A stretch of 62,993 bases of DNA, counting the filler, from Octopus bimaculoides (taxonomy: Eukaryota): the NCBI RefSeq assembly GCF_001194135.2. It is 3 parts of 3 records of this genome, joined end to end, with 100 filler letters (N's around TTAATTAATTAA, not from the genome) between each part and the next. Parts side by side here need not be neighbours in the genome. Positions count along the whole stretch, not along the records: positions 45,149 to 62,993 come from NC_068984.1; 2 more parts are not named here. One strand, written 5' to 3'. Position numbers and translations under genes: made by a program. This document shows positions 48,669 through 62,948 of this stretch, in pieces. The notes beneath the pieces are model-generated. The model ran no database searches. It saw only the letters and a program-made list of their open reading frames with translations, and was not told where the DNA came from. Within the stretch, counting starts at the first letter, position 1; the number at the start of each line of letters is the position of its first letter.

Positions 48669-51600
48669 CATGTCAATAAGAAAATGGAGGGGTTCAAGAG
48701 GTGGTATTCATCAACTTTTAGACATATTATGTCTATTTATTTATTTTTTAAAGAAACATTTATAATAATATACATCCATGTATAACATATTATGCTTTAC
48801 ATATATAAAAACACCAGTAATTATTAAAATATATAACGTAGAACATAGAAAGTAAAATAGTTTCTTACAGCTGTTTCAGCCAAGAGGTCATAGTACTGTG
48901 AACTGAAGTATATGGACAGTTTCTGTGTTTATGTCATACAATTGTATGACAAAAAATGGATCACTAGAATATGTGTCAAACTTATAAAAGAAAAAATATG
49001 TACAGGGGTCAATATGATTTAGTACAGCCTTCCAAGTCAGTGTTCTGACATTGTCACTGTTCAGTGATTGAAACAAGAAAAAAAAATGAAGAAAAGAGTG
49101 TATTTGAGTGCCATATTATTATCATCTGTTTTTCTGTCTTATTTTTATTGCATGCTTTCACTGCACAATCAAGCATAGCTCTGTGTGCCTTAGGGATGTG
49201 CAATATTTAATTTCTTTTTTTTTTCTTTTGTATTATGAGATCTCCAAGAAATGTTTTTGCATTATCATGTGGTGCTATTTTCTGCAAGTTATGTATATTT
49301 ATAAATCTTGGGATCTTAATTATGTATTTGCCTGTATCTTTTTTATCATTCTCAAGGCATACAGTATATCATAAAGATAATGATTGTTCTCATTACTAAG
49401 TGTGTAATTATAATTACTTAAAATTCTTTGCTTACTAAATCAAGTATGTTGGTGTCCAGTTTACTATCATTATGGAGATGATTTCTATTACTTCCTTTCT
49501 CTGTGTCTTTCATAACAATATCCAATTAGTTTTTCTTAATCTCCTTATCTTTATGAATCGGGACAAGGCACTAGCCCTTGTTAGTCTTAGTAATTAATCA
49601 TAGGTCTGTGGCTTTCTTTGATTGGCCCTTGGTTACTGACACCCTGTTTTAGTAATTAGTTATTGTAATGTTATGGTGACCCCAGTAGTAGTTCAAGTTG
49701 AAGTAAAATGTCAGAATGGTTTTGACTAAAATTAATTTGGAAATTCTGAAGAGAATTTGGCTGGGAGGACTGTCCCTTTAGCAAGTGTGGTGGAGCAGTT
49801 TGCATTCCATTTGGAGTATGGGTTCAGATCAGAAGCCACCACACTGTTGGGGGCCACCTTGTTCTCTTATTCATTGTCCTTCTGGCAAATAAAAAAAATC
49901 ATTATCTTTGCAGTATTTACTCTGGCTCTTTACATTCTCAGTTCAAATCTCAACTTTTATTCTTCTGCAGTTAATAAAATAAGTAACTGAGTTGTTGATG
50001 ATTAAATTGACATCACCCAATTTTTTAAAATTAGAAATATATTAGAAAATTTGTGAAGGAAATGAAAAGTAATTCTGTTGAATCTTTGCCCTGTTACAGT
50101 AAATCTGGGATCAGATACTTGGTATATACAGGATGTATTACTGGTATTTTAGGATCTGTTGTTAAAGAAGTGTTTGTATATCTCTAGCAGTCTTCATTGT
50201 AAATCTGCGAGTGGGGAAAAATTACTGTAAATTAATGTTGGATTATTTTGTAATCCAAAAATAAAATCAAAATGCAGATGCTGTATGTCTAGTATCTTTT
50301 ATGTATTCTGAGTTCATTACTGTATTTTCAAGATCTTTTATTCTAGCAGTAGTTGTTTAGCCCCAAATCAGCTTCTATTGAGCAGATTTTGTGATCAAAG
50401 TATTCTAGCTATCAACATTTTCAACTATTAATTGTATATGTAAAACCACATATGTCCAATGAATCTTTTCCTTGATAATATAGTAGGATTTGGTTTGAAC
50501 TAGTCTTTGTTACTATTTCTAGGAGGTCAAGTGACTGTCTTGAGACACCTTTGTTTAGGCGTTGCTACCTCATTGTGTAAGCCACTGTATTTTAAATTTA
50601 GGATGTGTTACTAAAAGTTTTGGGTCTGTCATTGAAAATTTGAGATGTGGAGATGTAAATACATTATCTGTTTATAAGATTATAATTTTTAGACTATCAA
50701 CCTTAACTTTAAAGATAACTTTCTTTTATATTTACGTCTCCACTAGTCTGATTTACAATCATCATCAGGTGTTATATTCTTGAATATACACATTGTACCA
50801 GATTGAATCTGAATCAGGTACCTTAATTTCAAAGTAAGAGTAATAATGCTGTTTAGCCTCTAGGCTGCTGATATATGTGCATTTAGGTATTTAATTACCA
50901 ATATCTGATACTCAAACTCCAGGAATTATAATTGTAAATTCAAGGCTTCTTGCTTACCATCTTGAAACTGATAATTTGGTTCTGTTATATATGTCTGGGA
51001 TATATTGTTTTAAATCAAATCTATTTACATAAACTTCAGTTTAATTTCTAGTATATTCTTGATGTGATTATTGTAAATCATGAAAGTATTATTGCAAATC
51101 TGGAGAAAATTTTGGACATTTGTTTTAAAATTTTGATTAATGCAGGATCTGATATTTGAATCCTCAATGTTATTTCTCTATATTTAAGATCTGCATTTGT
51201 AGGTTTGGGATGTAAAACTGCTTGAAAAGTAATTATTGAAAGCACAATGGAGTGCCTAATTTGTTTTAAGAAAGTGTAAACTCATTAAAAATATTTCAAG
51301 TTATATATTGAAAGGATTTTCTCAGTTTTATAACCCAAGATAGAAAGAACACCAGTTCAGTAGCTCTGCTAGTAACTTATATCAACAGACATAAGTATTA
51401 CTTTGTTGTTGCATAATATAGTAATAACAACAGGTTTTTCATCGGCCATCATACATCTAGTCTTTTGTTCTCTAGTCTTGAGATGACTAAATATATTGAT
51501 ATTCTGTTTAGAATAATGATATATTCAAACATGACATTCAGATGTTTTTGTTTTGTTTTCGCAACTCTGACCCATTAACAAAATTCCTCAACTTTCAGAA

Positions 51601-52405
51601 TGCCTTACTATTTACAAAAGGAAAGTGGCTGCTTCATAAATTGTTTCTTGTTAATTGAGAGAAGACTTATATAAACATTTGCACTGCTATTCACTTGTGT
51701 GGTATTTAAGCTTCTTTTCTTTTTAATTTTTAACCTTTTTTTTTTTAGTGTTTTAGTGATAGTAGATGGGTGTGTACAAGGTTGGTAACTACTTACTGGT
51801 TTTTATATCATTATAGAAACACTGAACCAGAATGTTGAAAACTAACTGAGGGTTTGTATAATTAATGTTTTGTTTAATGTGATAATATCAGGATGATACA
51901 TTTTAAAATATTGATCTCAATTCACTGAGGATGAATTTTGCTGGAAAAATAGTTCAGATGATCGTACTATATTACTTGCGATGATTTTATTGAATCTGGA
52001 GGGATGAAAGCTAAATTGATTCCAGTGAGATTTAAAATCTGGATTACAAATCAAACATATAACCAATCCTAAGATTTACTGTCAACAACTTGATTGATTG
52101 AATAGGGCACTAAAAGATGTTAGATTTTACTCCTTACTATAGCACTATGTTCTGTGGATTTTTGTATTTGTTACTTATGAAACATTAGCATAGCATCATG
52201 TATATTCTAATTTTCCTCCTTCTGATTTTCTTCTTTTAGACCATCAACTATAATTTATATTTTATTCACAGAAACCTGAATCTTCTGTCTGTTCAGCAAA
52301 TCTACTGACAATAATAACTATGCTTCTCTATAAGTGCGAACATCAAATTGGTTGAAAAGCTTTTGAATTATGACACACACATGCAATAAGTTTACATAAG
52401 CGTGT

Positions 52406-52447
<42 letters not shown>

Positions 52448-53041
52448 GCATACAGCATATCATGTATGACAGAATTTGAACATACTTTTATTTGTAAACC
52501 TGAGAGATTTATGTTATAAAAATTATCAGTTATATTGCTTAATCTTTGAAAATGTTGATACAAAGATAACCTGATATATATTTTTTAGCAATTCTATGAG
52601 TTTAACACATAGGTTAGGCAGATCATCCAGCATTTCCCTGATTGATCAAATTTTTTGATATCTGGCTCACAACAACAGAGTAAACAAGCAATTTTTATGA
52701 TATAATATTTGATACATATGTTTTTGATGTAGCCAAATAAATACAAATGCATACACATAGATGTAAGTATAAACTTTCACTTTTAATGGTTTTGATTTTT
52801 TCATTTAGCTAAATTGTTAAATAGTTGCATGTTTATAAGAATTCATTAATAGTCAAATTAGTAGCTAGTTATTAATATGATTGACAATTTAATTTTTTCA
52901 TGACAAATCTATAACTGACAGCTTATTTATTTGGCTATTTGCTATTATTGTAACTTTTTTATTTTAATACTTTTAAATTATTTAAGACATTTCCTCAATC
53001 TGTTGTTAATTGACAATATATATATATATATATATATATAT

Positions 53042-53081
<40 letters not shown>

Positions 53082-53587
53082 CCTGATGTTTTCCTGGGGC
53101 TTAAACAACAATAACTTCATCCTTTATAGGACTGCCACATTCACATTCTGTTGGCAAATAAACTTTGCTATATANNNNNNNNNNNNNNNNNNNNNNNNNN
53201 NNNNNNNNNNNNNNNNNNNNNNNNNNNNNNNNNNNNNNNNNNNNNNNNNNNNNNNNNNNNNNNNNNNNNNNNNNNNNNNNNNNNNNNNNNNNNNNNNNNN
53301 NNNNNNNNNNNNNNNNNNNNNNNNNNNNNNNNNNNNNNNNNNNNNNNNNNNNNNNNNNNNNNNNNNNNNNNNNNNNNNNNNNNNNNNNNNNNNNNNNNNN
53401 NNNNNNNNNNNNNNNNNNNNNNNNNNNNNNNNNNNNNNNNNNNNNNNNNNNNNNNNNNNNNNNNNNNNNNNNNNNNNNNNNNNNNNNNNNNNNNNNNNNN
53501 NNNNNNNNNNNNNNNNNNNNNNNNNNNNNNNNNNNNNNNNNNNNNNNNNNNNNNNNNNNNNNNNNNNNNNNNNNNNNNNNNNNNNNN

Positions 53588-53640
<53 letters not shown>

Positions 53641-54230
53641 TGTAGGTGGGTATACAGGGGTGATGGGAGTAGTGAAGATACCTACTAACTTATTTTTATG
53701 ATTGTTTCAAAAAAGTATATAAAAGCTAGATGGTCATAAGTTAACTTTCAATAGAGACTGATTTGAATGTAGAATGGAACCAGTTGTTTTTGATGTGAAA
53801 GACAGAAGGTAATTTGGATGATTCGAAGAAACAATGAAGCGGTTGATAAGTACAGGAATGGTCAGTCTTCATCACTTTATCTTCTCTAAACACTTCATTT
53901 TATTCTTCATTCTCTTTTTCACTTTCTTCCTTATAATCTGACTATGACCCCCCTCCCTAATATATCTATTTCTTTATTTCTCTATTTTCTATTTTGATTA
54001 TAATTGTATTTTCTTTGTCACTATATCTATGGGTTTAGTTTTGTCTGTAAACTGCTAGCAGTAAAACACTGATTTAGGTATGCATTTTCATACTGAGTGA
54101 AATGACAGTAGGAGCTTACAAAGGTAAAAATGTGTCGAAACAATTGCAGTGGTTTTAAATAAAGAATGTCATCCATTTTCTATCATTTATCTATTCACAT
54201 ATATTTTATATATGTATATGTGCCCATATA

Positions 54231-54671
54231 CAAGGTGTAGTGAATATATTGTTGTCTAAATTATGCAAAAATGAAAATAACACTGACATCTCATTTTAAC
54301 AGATATATTTACCAGAATTACATAAAAATATCTTGAAATACTAAAGAGTAAATTCATTCAATAAAATTGCCATTGGCTTCAANNNNNNNNNNCCCCCCCC
54401 CCCCGACGGCTTTTTATCACTCTTGGTACATGTCCTCCGATTGATACCCAAACACTCTGAAATGTTCGTATTGGAGCTACGTGAATGCCAAGCAGTGCAA
54501 CATGTCATTTCCAAATTTCTGGCTGAGTGAATTGCATCATGGTGCTGTTTTTCTCACAGATGGTGCCCAACTGACCCTACTATACTGTATAGTCAACAAA
54601 ATCAAAAACAAACAATGCACATGTGTGAAATTAAAGCTATGAAATGGTGATAATTTACCCATTGCACACTG
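54231..54671 (-). mobile_element. internally deleted maT-like element
   Basis: TA-flanked, degenerate TIRs; 3' part matches 17945-18050. Confidence 0.6.
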
Positions 54672-55999
54672 TATATATATATGTGTGTGTGTGTATACAC
54701 ACATATATGCAATCACACATATTAATATAAACTAATGCAAATTTATGCACTCTTATTGCTCATCTCTCATTAATACTAATGTATATGCTATACAGGATAC
54801 ACTTATGTTCATTCATAATATACTTCCAAGTAATCATATTTATGCAATTTTTACATATAGACTTATTCATTTACAGTTATAGAAACATATTTGAGTAGTT
54901 TCATAGTAGTACATAGATATTCATATCTACATTACAACCACATAGGCTATATGAACATCAATAAACAAAATTATTTATGAAAAAATGACTCAAGCATAAA
55001 ACTTTCAAGATATACAAACACTCATTACAGTCCAAGTATGTAACCAAATGGATATTTCTATATTATTCAACTTCTCCACATTTCCAAAATAGTAGCTTTA
55101 TTGAAATTGAACAGTAAGTACTTGGACAGAGAGAAGACAGATAAAAAAAGTAATTTTTGAATTGATGAAAGGAAAATGAACTACTCCTATTTAAATTCTT
55201 AGCATATTTCATCCATGTGTTATATATTGAAGGGACATTTACTATTTTATTAATGACTGCTTCATGCCATTTGATTTTGATAGCCATCCTGGAATAGCTA
55301 AATTTCATTATGTAGATTGCAAAAAGTAGCACTGCAGTATAATGTGAAAGAATTGCCTACACATCTATCCATTTATGGCTCTAAGTGTGATTCTTTCACA
55401 CTCCCCTAAGAAACTGAAACAAACAAACATTTGAGAATCCCCCATACAAAATCACACTTCACTTGCAGAACAATAAAGTAGAACATGTGAAAATGTCATT
55501 GCATATATTCAAGCATTCATATCAAAATAATTTCTGTTTTTCTTGTGTAATTTATGTTTAATCAGTCAGAAATATTCATGCATGTATATACAGAATAATG
55601 AAACTGCATATGGAATTGTATTTATACCATCCAATACTTCCCAATTGATGATGCAATCAGTCATTTCTACATTTGCTAATGGCTACTTGGGTACCAGGCA
55701 ATGAATGACTAAATTTCATTAAGATGCATAATCTGATCTGATGTGATAGTTAAGGAGATAGTTGTGATTAGAAAAGTTGGCCCTTTTGAATATTCACACT
55801 TTTTTTTTTTGTAATACTTTGACTGAAATAATGCTTACATTTTGTTTCTTTTCTATACAACTACAATGGGTAAAGATGATGCAAAGCAAAATAATTGTAG
55901 ATTGTAGTTAGATTTCAAACTCTCCAAGAATGGCAAATAGCTTCATCAGTTATGAATTACTTCCTGATTGTCAAAACTTATGATAAATAATAGTAATGA

Positions 56000-56830
56000 A
56001 AATAGGTTTAAGGTACATGCTACTTTAAACCTGACAGTAATTTCTAGAGTACTATTAAGCACTCATGGTCTACTCTCAGTTGAGCAATGTTGTTTGGTGG
56101 GAGTTCCACTTTGGTGTTCTATAGAGGATTATTGGCAGGCAAATGTGATGATGTTCTTGGGCAGACTCTGAGCATTGATGAGAATCAGCTGACTGATTTG
56201 TTCTGGAGGACTTTCAGGCCATGGCCCATGGATAATTTCCAGAAGTCTTTAGCCTAGTTGTGCTACTGGGTTTGTGGAAGTGCTGTCAGCTGGGCTTTGC
56301 CCAAGATGCACGCAGAGTGACAAAACTGTTTTACACGCTCTCATCCATGCCCCGAGCATTGCTGACTTGTAGGTTTATATCAAGCGCCTACTGTCACATA
56401 TAGGACAGATCCAACTATCAGCTAAGCCCATTGTGAAGATCATTCAGTCTCCTTCCTTTGGTCAAGAAGGGCAAGCAGTGTTTATTTGTCTGGCAGCCTT
56501 AGTGAAAGAGATTGTGTGGTAGACCAGATTGATAGGGTTGAAGACAAGATAATTTCCTCTTTAGTTGAGCCCTCATCAACTTTTACAAGTTTCACTTGAG
56601 AAGGAAGGTGAGAGTAGGAAAGAAAGTGATGCCTCCCAGCAATTTTATTAAAATGTGTATGAATATGGCAAGAATTGCTTGAGTAAATGGGCCTACTCTA
56701 AGCATGCACCTGTAAATTGAAGGAAGACAACGTGAAGAGGGCACTTGCCCCTCTGGTCAGGGCAACCATAGTCTTGTGGGTTTCCACAAGCAGCCCTTGG
56801 AAGCTTCCTTCTTTGGGGAATTATTCATCA
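56000..56830 (-). mobile_element. degenerate LINE 5' UTR/ORF1 relic (CR1-like, possible PHD-like finger)
   Basis: WICPICD...CKTVLSLCVH on the minus strand; GC richer than flanks; tentative. Confidence 0.3.
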
Positions 56831-56984
56831 CTAGAGTTTATATTATCACTATTTTCCAACTTTTTGCACTTCTTCTTTATGTAATACCACATTGTATTGA
56901 ACGGTACCATCTCTAATATTTTTTTGTGAATCCTTAGTGGTGAATAAAGAGAGCAATATTATCATCATCATAATTATCAACAAC

Positions 56985-57200
56985 AAAGCAGTAAGCTGGC
57001 AGAATCATTATTATACCGAACAAAATGCTCTGCAGCATTTCTTCTGGATTCACATTCTGAGTTCAAAATCTGCCATGATTGACCTTGCTTTTCATCATTT
57101 TAGGGTTGATAAAATGAATATCACTTCAACACTGAGGAGGAAGGGCAATGTAATTGACTAACCCCCTACCCCAAAATTTCAGACTTTGTGCTTATAGTAG
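56985..57200 (+). mobile_element. SINE (second family)
   Basis: AGTAAGCTGGCAGAATC..CTGAGTTCAAAATCTGCC..TTGCTTTTCATC. Confidence 0.7.
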
Positions 57201-57839
57201 AAAGCTTTTCTTTTTTCACAGAGCATGATTAATGCTCATTCAGACAAGAAAGTATTTTGTGTTAATTGGACAGCAGAATTTCATATTAAATATAGTAGAC
57301 ATATAGTTTTGTTTAATGTGCAGTTTCTTGAATTTAATCAAAAAGTTACTTTCAAAATATTTTTAAACTATGTATCTCTAAGTCAATATGAGCAACATGG
57401 TTTTCATCCTGTAGAGGCTATAATTAATGCAGCAGGAGATTTGTTTTTATTTTAGTATTGCAATTATAAGGAATCTATTCTCTGTACTTGGAGCTTAAAA
57501 AGATGAAGAGTAATTGAGAATTTCTCTATGCACTATATATGATAACAATAAAATACAATAAACAATATTAGTACAGCGATTACATGATAGATGCTTTATT
57601 TTATCTTTTTCTCTTGATTTTCTTTCATCTTGCAAATAGATAATATCAGTATAACAAAGCAGTAAATGATAAACAAATGTAGACATAAATCTTTGAACAT
57701 CTGAATAGGATTTACATATTATATTGTAATTGCTTAACAAGATAAGTTCCTATGTATAAATGTACCATGTACAGAACTGTCATAGACTGAGTTGGAGTCC
57801 CACCTCCTAAATAATAATAATGATGATGATGATGATGAT

Positions 57840-58030
57840 TCAAAATTTTGGCACAAGGCCAGCAATGTGAGGGAGGAGGTAAGTTGATTACATCAACCCT
57901 AGTGCTCAACTGGTACTTATTTTATTGATCTCAAAAAGAATGGAAGGCAAAGTTGACCTCAGTGGCATTTGGACTCAGAACATAAAGATGGATGAAATGC
58001 CACTAAGCATTTTGTCCAGTGCAGTAACAA
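57840..58030 (-). mobile_element. SINE (second family)
   Basis: Same family as 1706-1928. Confidence 0.7.
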
Positions 58031-58599
58031 TTCTGCCAGCTCACCACCTTAATAATTATAATAATAATAATAATAATAGTACAAACCCCTCTGTATGGAG
58101 AATACTCCAAAGCAAAGATGCTCATTTAAGCCAGAAGAACAACCCTTCACTGGCTGAGAAGTTCAGGTCTGAAGGGCTTATATTGGCAGTTCAGACAGAA
58201 GCGCTTGCATTGGCAGCACTCAACCAAAGCTTGTTTACCAGAATCTATCAAGCCCACATATTAAAAAATGGTGTAGACCTAAATGCACATTCTGCAACTT
58301 TGATTAAACAATAGACCATCCCATCTTATGTTGTCTGGTACATACTTCAAATGTATATCAGAATCACTGTGATTGTGTAGGCCAGTACTTACAGTGGAAA
58401 ATATGAAACTGTTTTGGTATAAAAACAGTCTCTCAACTGTAGCAGACATTACCTAGAGCCAGTCAAGATAACACTTGGGGGATTTCCTAGTTAACACAAG
58501 CTAAACGATTTACAAATATAAACATGGTATCATTGTCAAGGACAGCAGAAACAAATTAATTGATGTGAACATACTACCAGATTAAAAAAAAAAAAAAAC

Positions 58600-58752
58600 T
58601 GTGACTGTGTGGTAAGAAGTTTGCATCCCAGCTACATGGTTCCAGGTCCGACCCCATTGCATGGCACTTTGGGCAAGTGTCTTCTACTATAACCACAGGC
58701 CAACCAAAACCTTGTGAGTAGATTTGGTAGATGGAAACTGAAAGGAGCCTGT

Positions 58753-58825
<73 letters not shown>

Positions 58826-59240
58826 TGTGTGTATGTGTGTAATATATATATATATATATATATATGATAGGGTACTGAAAAGTTTCTGGCTTTAAAGGTA
58901 ATGTGAAAAGCCTGGTTGGAGGCACAACTTTCCAGGTTCTTTTACAGGACTTCAAAAAACTGAAGGACTGCTGCAATAAGTGTGTGAATCTGAGAGTGGG
59001 GTATGTTGAATAAAACCATAATTAACTGATTGTCCTGTATTTTCTTTTACCCAAAGTCAGGAACTTTTCAGTACCGCCTTGTATACATATGTAAGTATTT
59101 GTGCCTGTATTTGTGTCCCTGTAACATTAGTGATTCAGCGAAAGAGACCAATAGAATAAGTACTGGGGCCAATTGATTCAACTAAGAATTTTTCAAGGTG
59201 GTGCCACAGTCAAATGACTGAAACGTAAAAGATAAAAGAT
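58600..59240 (+). mobile_element. SINE interrupted by a mariner MITE
   Basis: Head 58600-58760 and tail 59100-59240 flank the MITE. Confidence 0.7.
58865..59081 (+). mobile_element. mariner-derived MITE
   Basis: TIRs GGTACTGAAAAGTTTCTGGCT / AGTCAGGAACTTTTCAGTACC, TA flanks, C-terminal KCVNLRVGYVE*. Confidence 0.8.
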
Positions 59241-59864
59241 ATCAATGAAGGAAGTTCAGAAATTAAGTAAATCCAAAGGTGTGGAGATCGAGGCTAAAAA
59301 ATGTGGCATCTCAAAACAAAAAAAAAAAAAAAGATAACAAATCCCAGTCATCATGTGAGTCTTAGATACGATAAAAAAAAAACATGTGAAAAACACCTTA
59401 GTAACATCCCAGGTGAATTAAAACAAATTTGTACTGATTAGCACTGCACACATACTACAAAGAACCTTCTCAATTTAGCAATAAATTCTAGAGTACTTGT
59501 AAATCAATTTGATGTGTCCGAAGTGTTAGCATTTCCCCACTTAATTTATACTCAATATACCTCTATACTAATGAATTTTGTATATACAAATGCTTATATA
59601 TAAATATTTAATATCACTTTATACTTACAATGTTACATCTTTATTTTGATATTTACACACTATACTTTAACTTTTTATATCATGCATTCACCAAACCATT
59701 TTTAATCTCTGTTTTGTGTATATACTGGAACACTTCTTTTTTAGCTCTTATATCAAGTATATGCCAATTTTTTTGTTTTTTCTTTAATGTTTTTGTGATG
59801 TTATATTAAGTGTTCAGTGAAGGAAGCAATTGAAAGCATTTAATCACTTACCTTCACTTGCCCT

Positions 59865-60100
59865 AAAGTAAAAAGTAAAGTGAAGTTCTTTCCCAAGTTA
59901 TAGACTCATAGGGCCGGTTTTCATGGCATATATATTCCCCACCTAGACAGGATGCCAATTCATTGCAAGATTACTCATTTTTACTAGCTGAATGGACTGG
60001 AGCAATGTGAAATGAAGTGTTTTGCTCAAGAACACATGTCACCACAATCTTATGATCATGAGTCTAACACCCTAACCACTAAGCCATGTGCCTCCATGCA
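59865..60100 (-). mobile_element. SINE with V-domain-like core
   Basis: Reverse complement of the 42612-42860 family. Confidence 0.7.
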
Positions 60101-60194
60101 CTTGCCCTGAGTCATAGGTAATGACTTGGTAAGTTATTGTACAAAATGACCCAAAAAGAAAAGATAATAACAATAATAATAATAATAATAATAA

Positions 60195-60830
60195 TAATGG
60201 TTTCAAATTTTGGCATAAGGCCAGTAATTTAGGGGGAAGGAGTAAGTCGATTACATTGACTCCAGTGCTCAACTGGTACTTATTTTATCGACCCCAAAAG
60301 GATAAAAGGCAAAATCGACCTTGGCACTAAGCATTTTGTCCAGCATGTTAATGATCCTACTAGCTCACTGTTAAAAATAATAATGATGATGATGGTGATG
60401 ATGGTTTCATTTTAGGCACAAGGCCAGCAGTTTTGAGGGGAGGGAGATTAGTTGATATGTTCAACTTCAGTAATAAATTAGTATTTTATCGATCCTGGAG
60501 GGAGGAAAGGCAATTATAATTCTTTCTCCCATAGGCACAAGGCCTAGATATTTGACTGGTACTTAATTTATCAACCACGAAAGGATGAAGGGCAAAGTCA
60601 AGTTCAGCAGAATTTGAACTCTGAATATAAAGGCAGACAGAATACCACTAAGCATTTTCTCTGGCATGCTAACAATTCTGCCAGATCAATGTTTCTAATT
60701 TAGGCACAAGGACAGAAATTTTGAGAAGAGGTTAGTCAGTTACACTGAGCCAGCACCTGGTTAGTTATTTCTAAAATAGGCACAAGGCCTGCAATTTGAG
60801 TGGGGATGTTATTCAGTTACATTGATCTTG
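60195..60830 (-). mobile_element. cluster of ~5 truncated SINE copies
   Basis: GGCA(C/T)AAGG(C/A)C-initiated blocks at ~60212, 60415, 60533, 60702 and 60779. Confidence 0.65.
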
Positions 60831-61749
60831 ACAGGAAATCAAAATCGGAATGTAAGGATTTGGGACAAATATCACAAGGCATTAATAAATAGTAATCATG
60901 ATAATGATAAAGCCAATGCTAATGAAGACTGTCATCTCCTGCTCCTCTTCCTCCTCCACATTCTCAACAAGGACAATAAAATGTCCTTCTGGACAAGAAA
61001 GACGCAAAAATAAAGTTGACATTTCAATGAAGTAAGCCTATATAATTCAAACAAAAGAAATGGAACTTATGAAGAAGTAATAGAAAAGCAGAGCAACTCT
61101 GCTTTCTATAAATACTTGATCAGAAAGGAAAGTAAAATGTATGTGTGAAAGGGAAATGAGTATTTTAACATTCAAAGAAATGTTTTTGAAACACATCTAA
61201 ACAGTAAAAATGCCATCTGTGACTTTAACACAGTTTCAGCACTAGCCATAATATATGGCTCTGTAGTATTGAACAGTAAGGTAACAGATGTCTATCTTCT
61301 AAAAAGTCACTGCATATTATCCCAGTGAGTAAAACGTTCACAGACTATATATCTTAAGAAGAGTAGGCTGTGGAAGACTATTGCGTGTCAACGATCAGCT
61401 TAAGAATACAATTGTTAATTTATTCCACAATCTTTCCATTCATCCATTTATTCACAAGTGGGTCTGTTATGTGTCCTTTCTTGACTATGATTGTACAAAG
61501 GTAGTTTTGATCGTCATAACACCAACGAGATTATCTCAAGAAATTGGATTAAGATATCAAACAAANNNNNNNNNNNNNNNNNNNNNNNNNNNNNNNNNNN
61601 NNNNNNNNNNNNNNNNNNNNNNNNNNNNNNNNNNNNNNNNNNNNNNNNNNNNNNNNNNNNNNNNNNNNNNNNNNNNNNNNNNNNNNNNNNNNNNNNNNNN
61701 NNNNNNNNNNNNNNNNNNNNNNNNNNNNNNNNNNNNNNNNNNNNNNNNN

Positions 61750-61803
<54 letters not shown>

Positions 61804-61901
61804 TATATATACATATATATATGTGTGTATATATATGTGTGTGTGTATATATATATATGCATATGTATATATATGTGTGTATATATGTATATATATATAT
61901 A

Positions 61902-61980
<79 letters not shown>

Positions 61981-61991
61981 GCATATATGCA

Positions 61992-62022
<31 letters not shown>

Positions 62023-62037
62023 GCATATGTGCATATA

Positions 62038-62935
62038 CAGGGGTTGGACAAAATAATGGAAAAACCTAGCATCATAGCATCATAATTTTGAAATGTCTAT
62101 AAAACCATCCAAAGCTTGTTTAATTTTATGTTTTTTGATTTATTATTAGTGTTGCATAATATGTTTTGCTGAAATTGCTGTTTCCTTTCAGATACCATCA
62201 GAAAAAAGGTAATTAAAATTCATTGAAATAACAGATCTATTGCACTTTCAAAGAGGTCAAATTGTTGGTGCTTGTATGGCAGGTACTAGCATAAGAAAAC
62301 AGTCTAAATGTTTGGTGTATCAAGAAGTACTGTCTCGAAAGTAATGACACCCTTTGAGAGAGGGGGAAAAACCTCCACGTCGAAACAAAACTCTGGAAGA
62401 AAACCAAAACTTTCAGATAGGGACCGTCGGATTCTTATGCAAATTGTTCTAAAGGATCACAAAAGGACAGCTCTCAAAATTACTGCACAGCATAATGACA
62501 ACCTCGAGAACTCAGTTTCCACAAAAACTGTTAGCTGGGAGCTGCACAAAGCCAGATTTCACAGGAGGGCTGCAATCAGAAAACCACTACTTTCAAAAAC
62601 AAACATTGCAAAGCATTTAGAGTGGAGTAAAAACCTACAGACTTGGTCCCTAGAGCAATGGAAGAATGTTATTTTCTTGGATGAGTCTTCCTTTACCTTA
62701 TTTCTGACCACCAGCTGAGTATACGTGTAGAGACAGCCGAAAGAAGCCTTCAACCCAGACTGCATTCTTCCAACTGCTAAACATGGAAGAGGATCTGTGA
62801 TGATTGGGAGCGGGGGCTATATCTTGGAAATCTGCCATCTCAATGGGTTCCCTTCATGGCAGAATTAATAGTCAAGGCTATTTCAGCATTCTATATGATC
62901 AAATTCATCCAATGGTTGCAGAACATATAACATCC
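62038..62935 (+). mobile_element. Tc1-like transposon, 3'-truncated pseudogene
   Basis: TA-CAGGGGTTGGACAAAATAATGGAAA TIR; FQRGQIVG, SGRKPKLSDRDRR, RKPLLS, WKNVIFLDESSF, KHGRGSVM motifs. Confidence 0.9.
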
Positions 62936-62948
62936 AATGTTATATGTA

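Noticed and set aside
5331-53701. Long ORFs made of X residues
   Set aside because: They read through assembly N gaps.
838-62075. Many ORFs rich in YI, CV, HT, LS, RE, N or I runs
   Set aside because: They are translations of (TA)n, (CA)n, (GA)n, (GATA)n and (AAT)n microsatellites.
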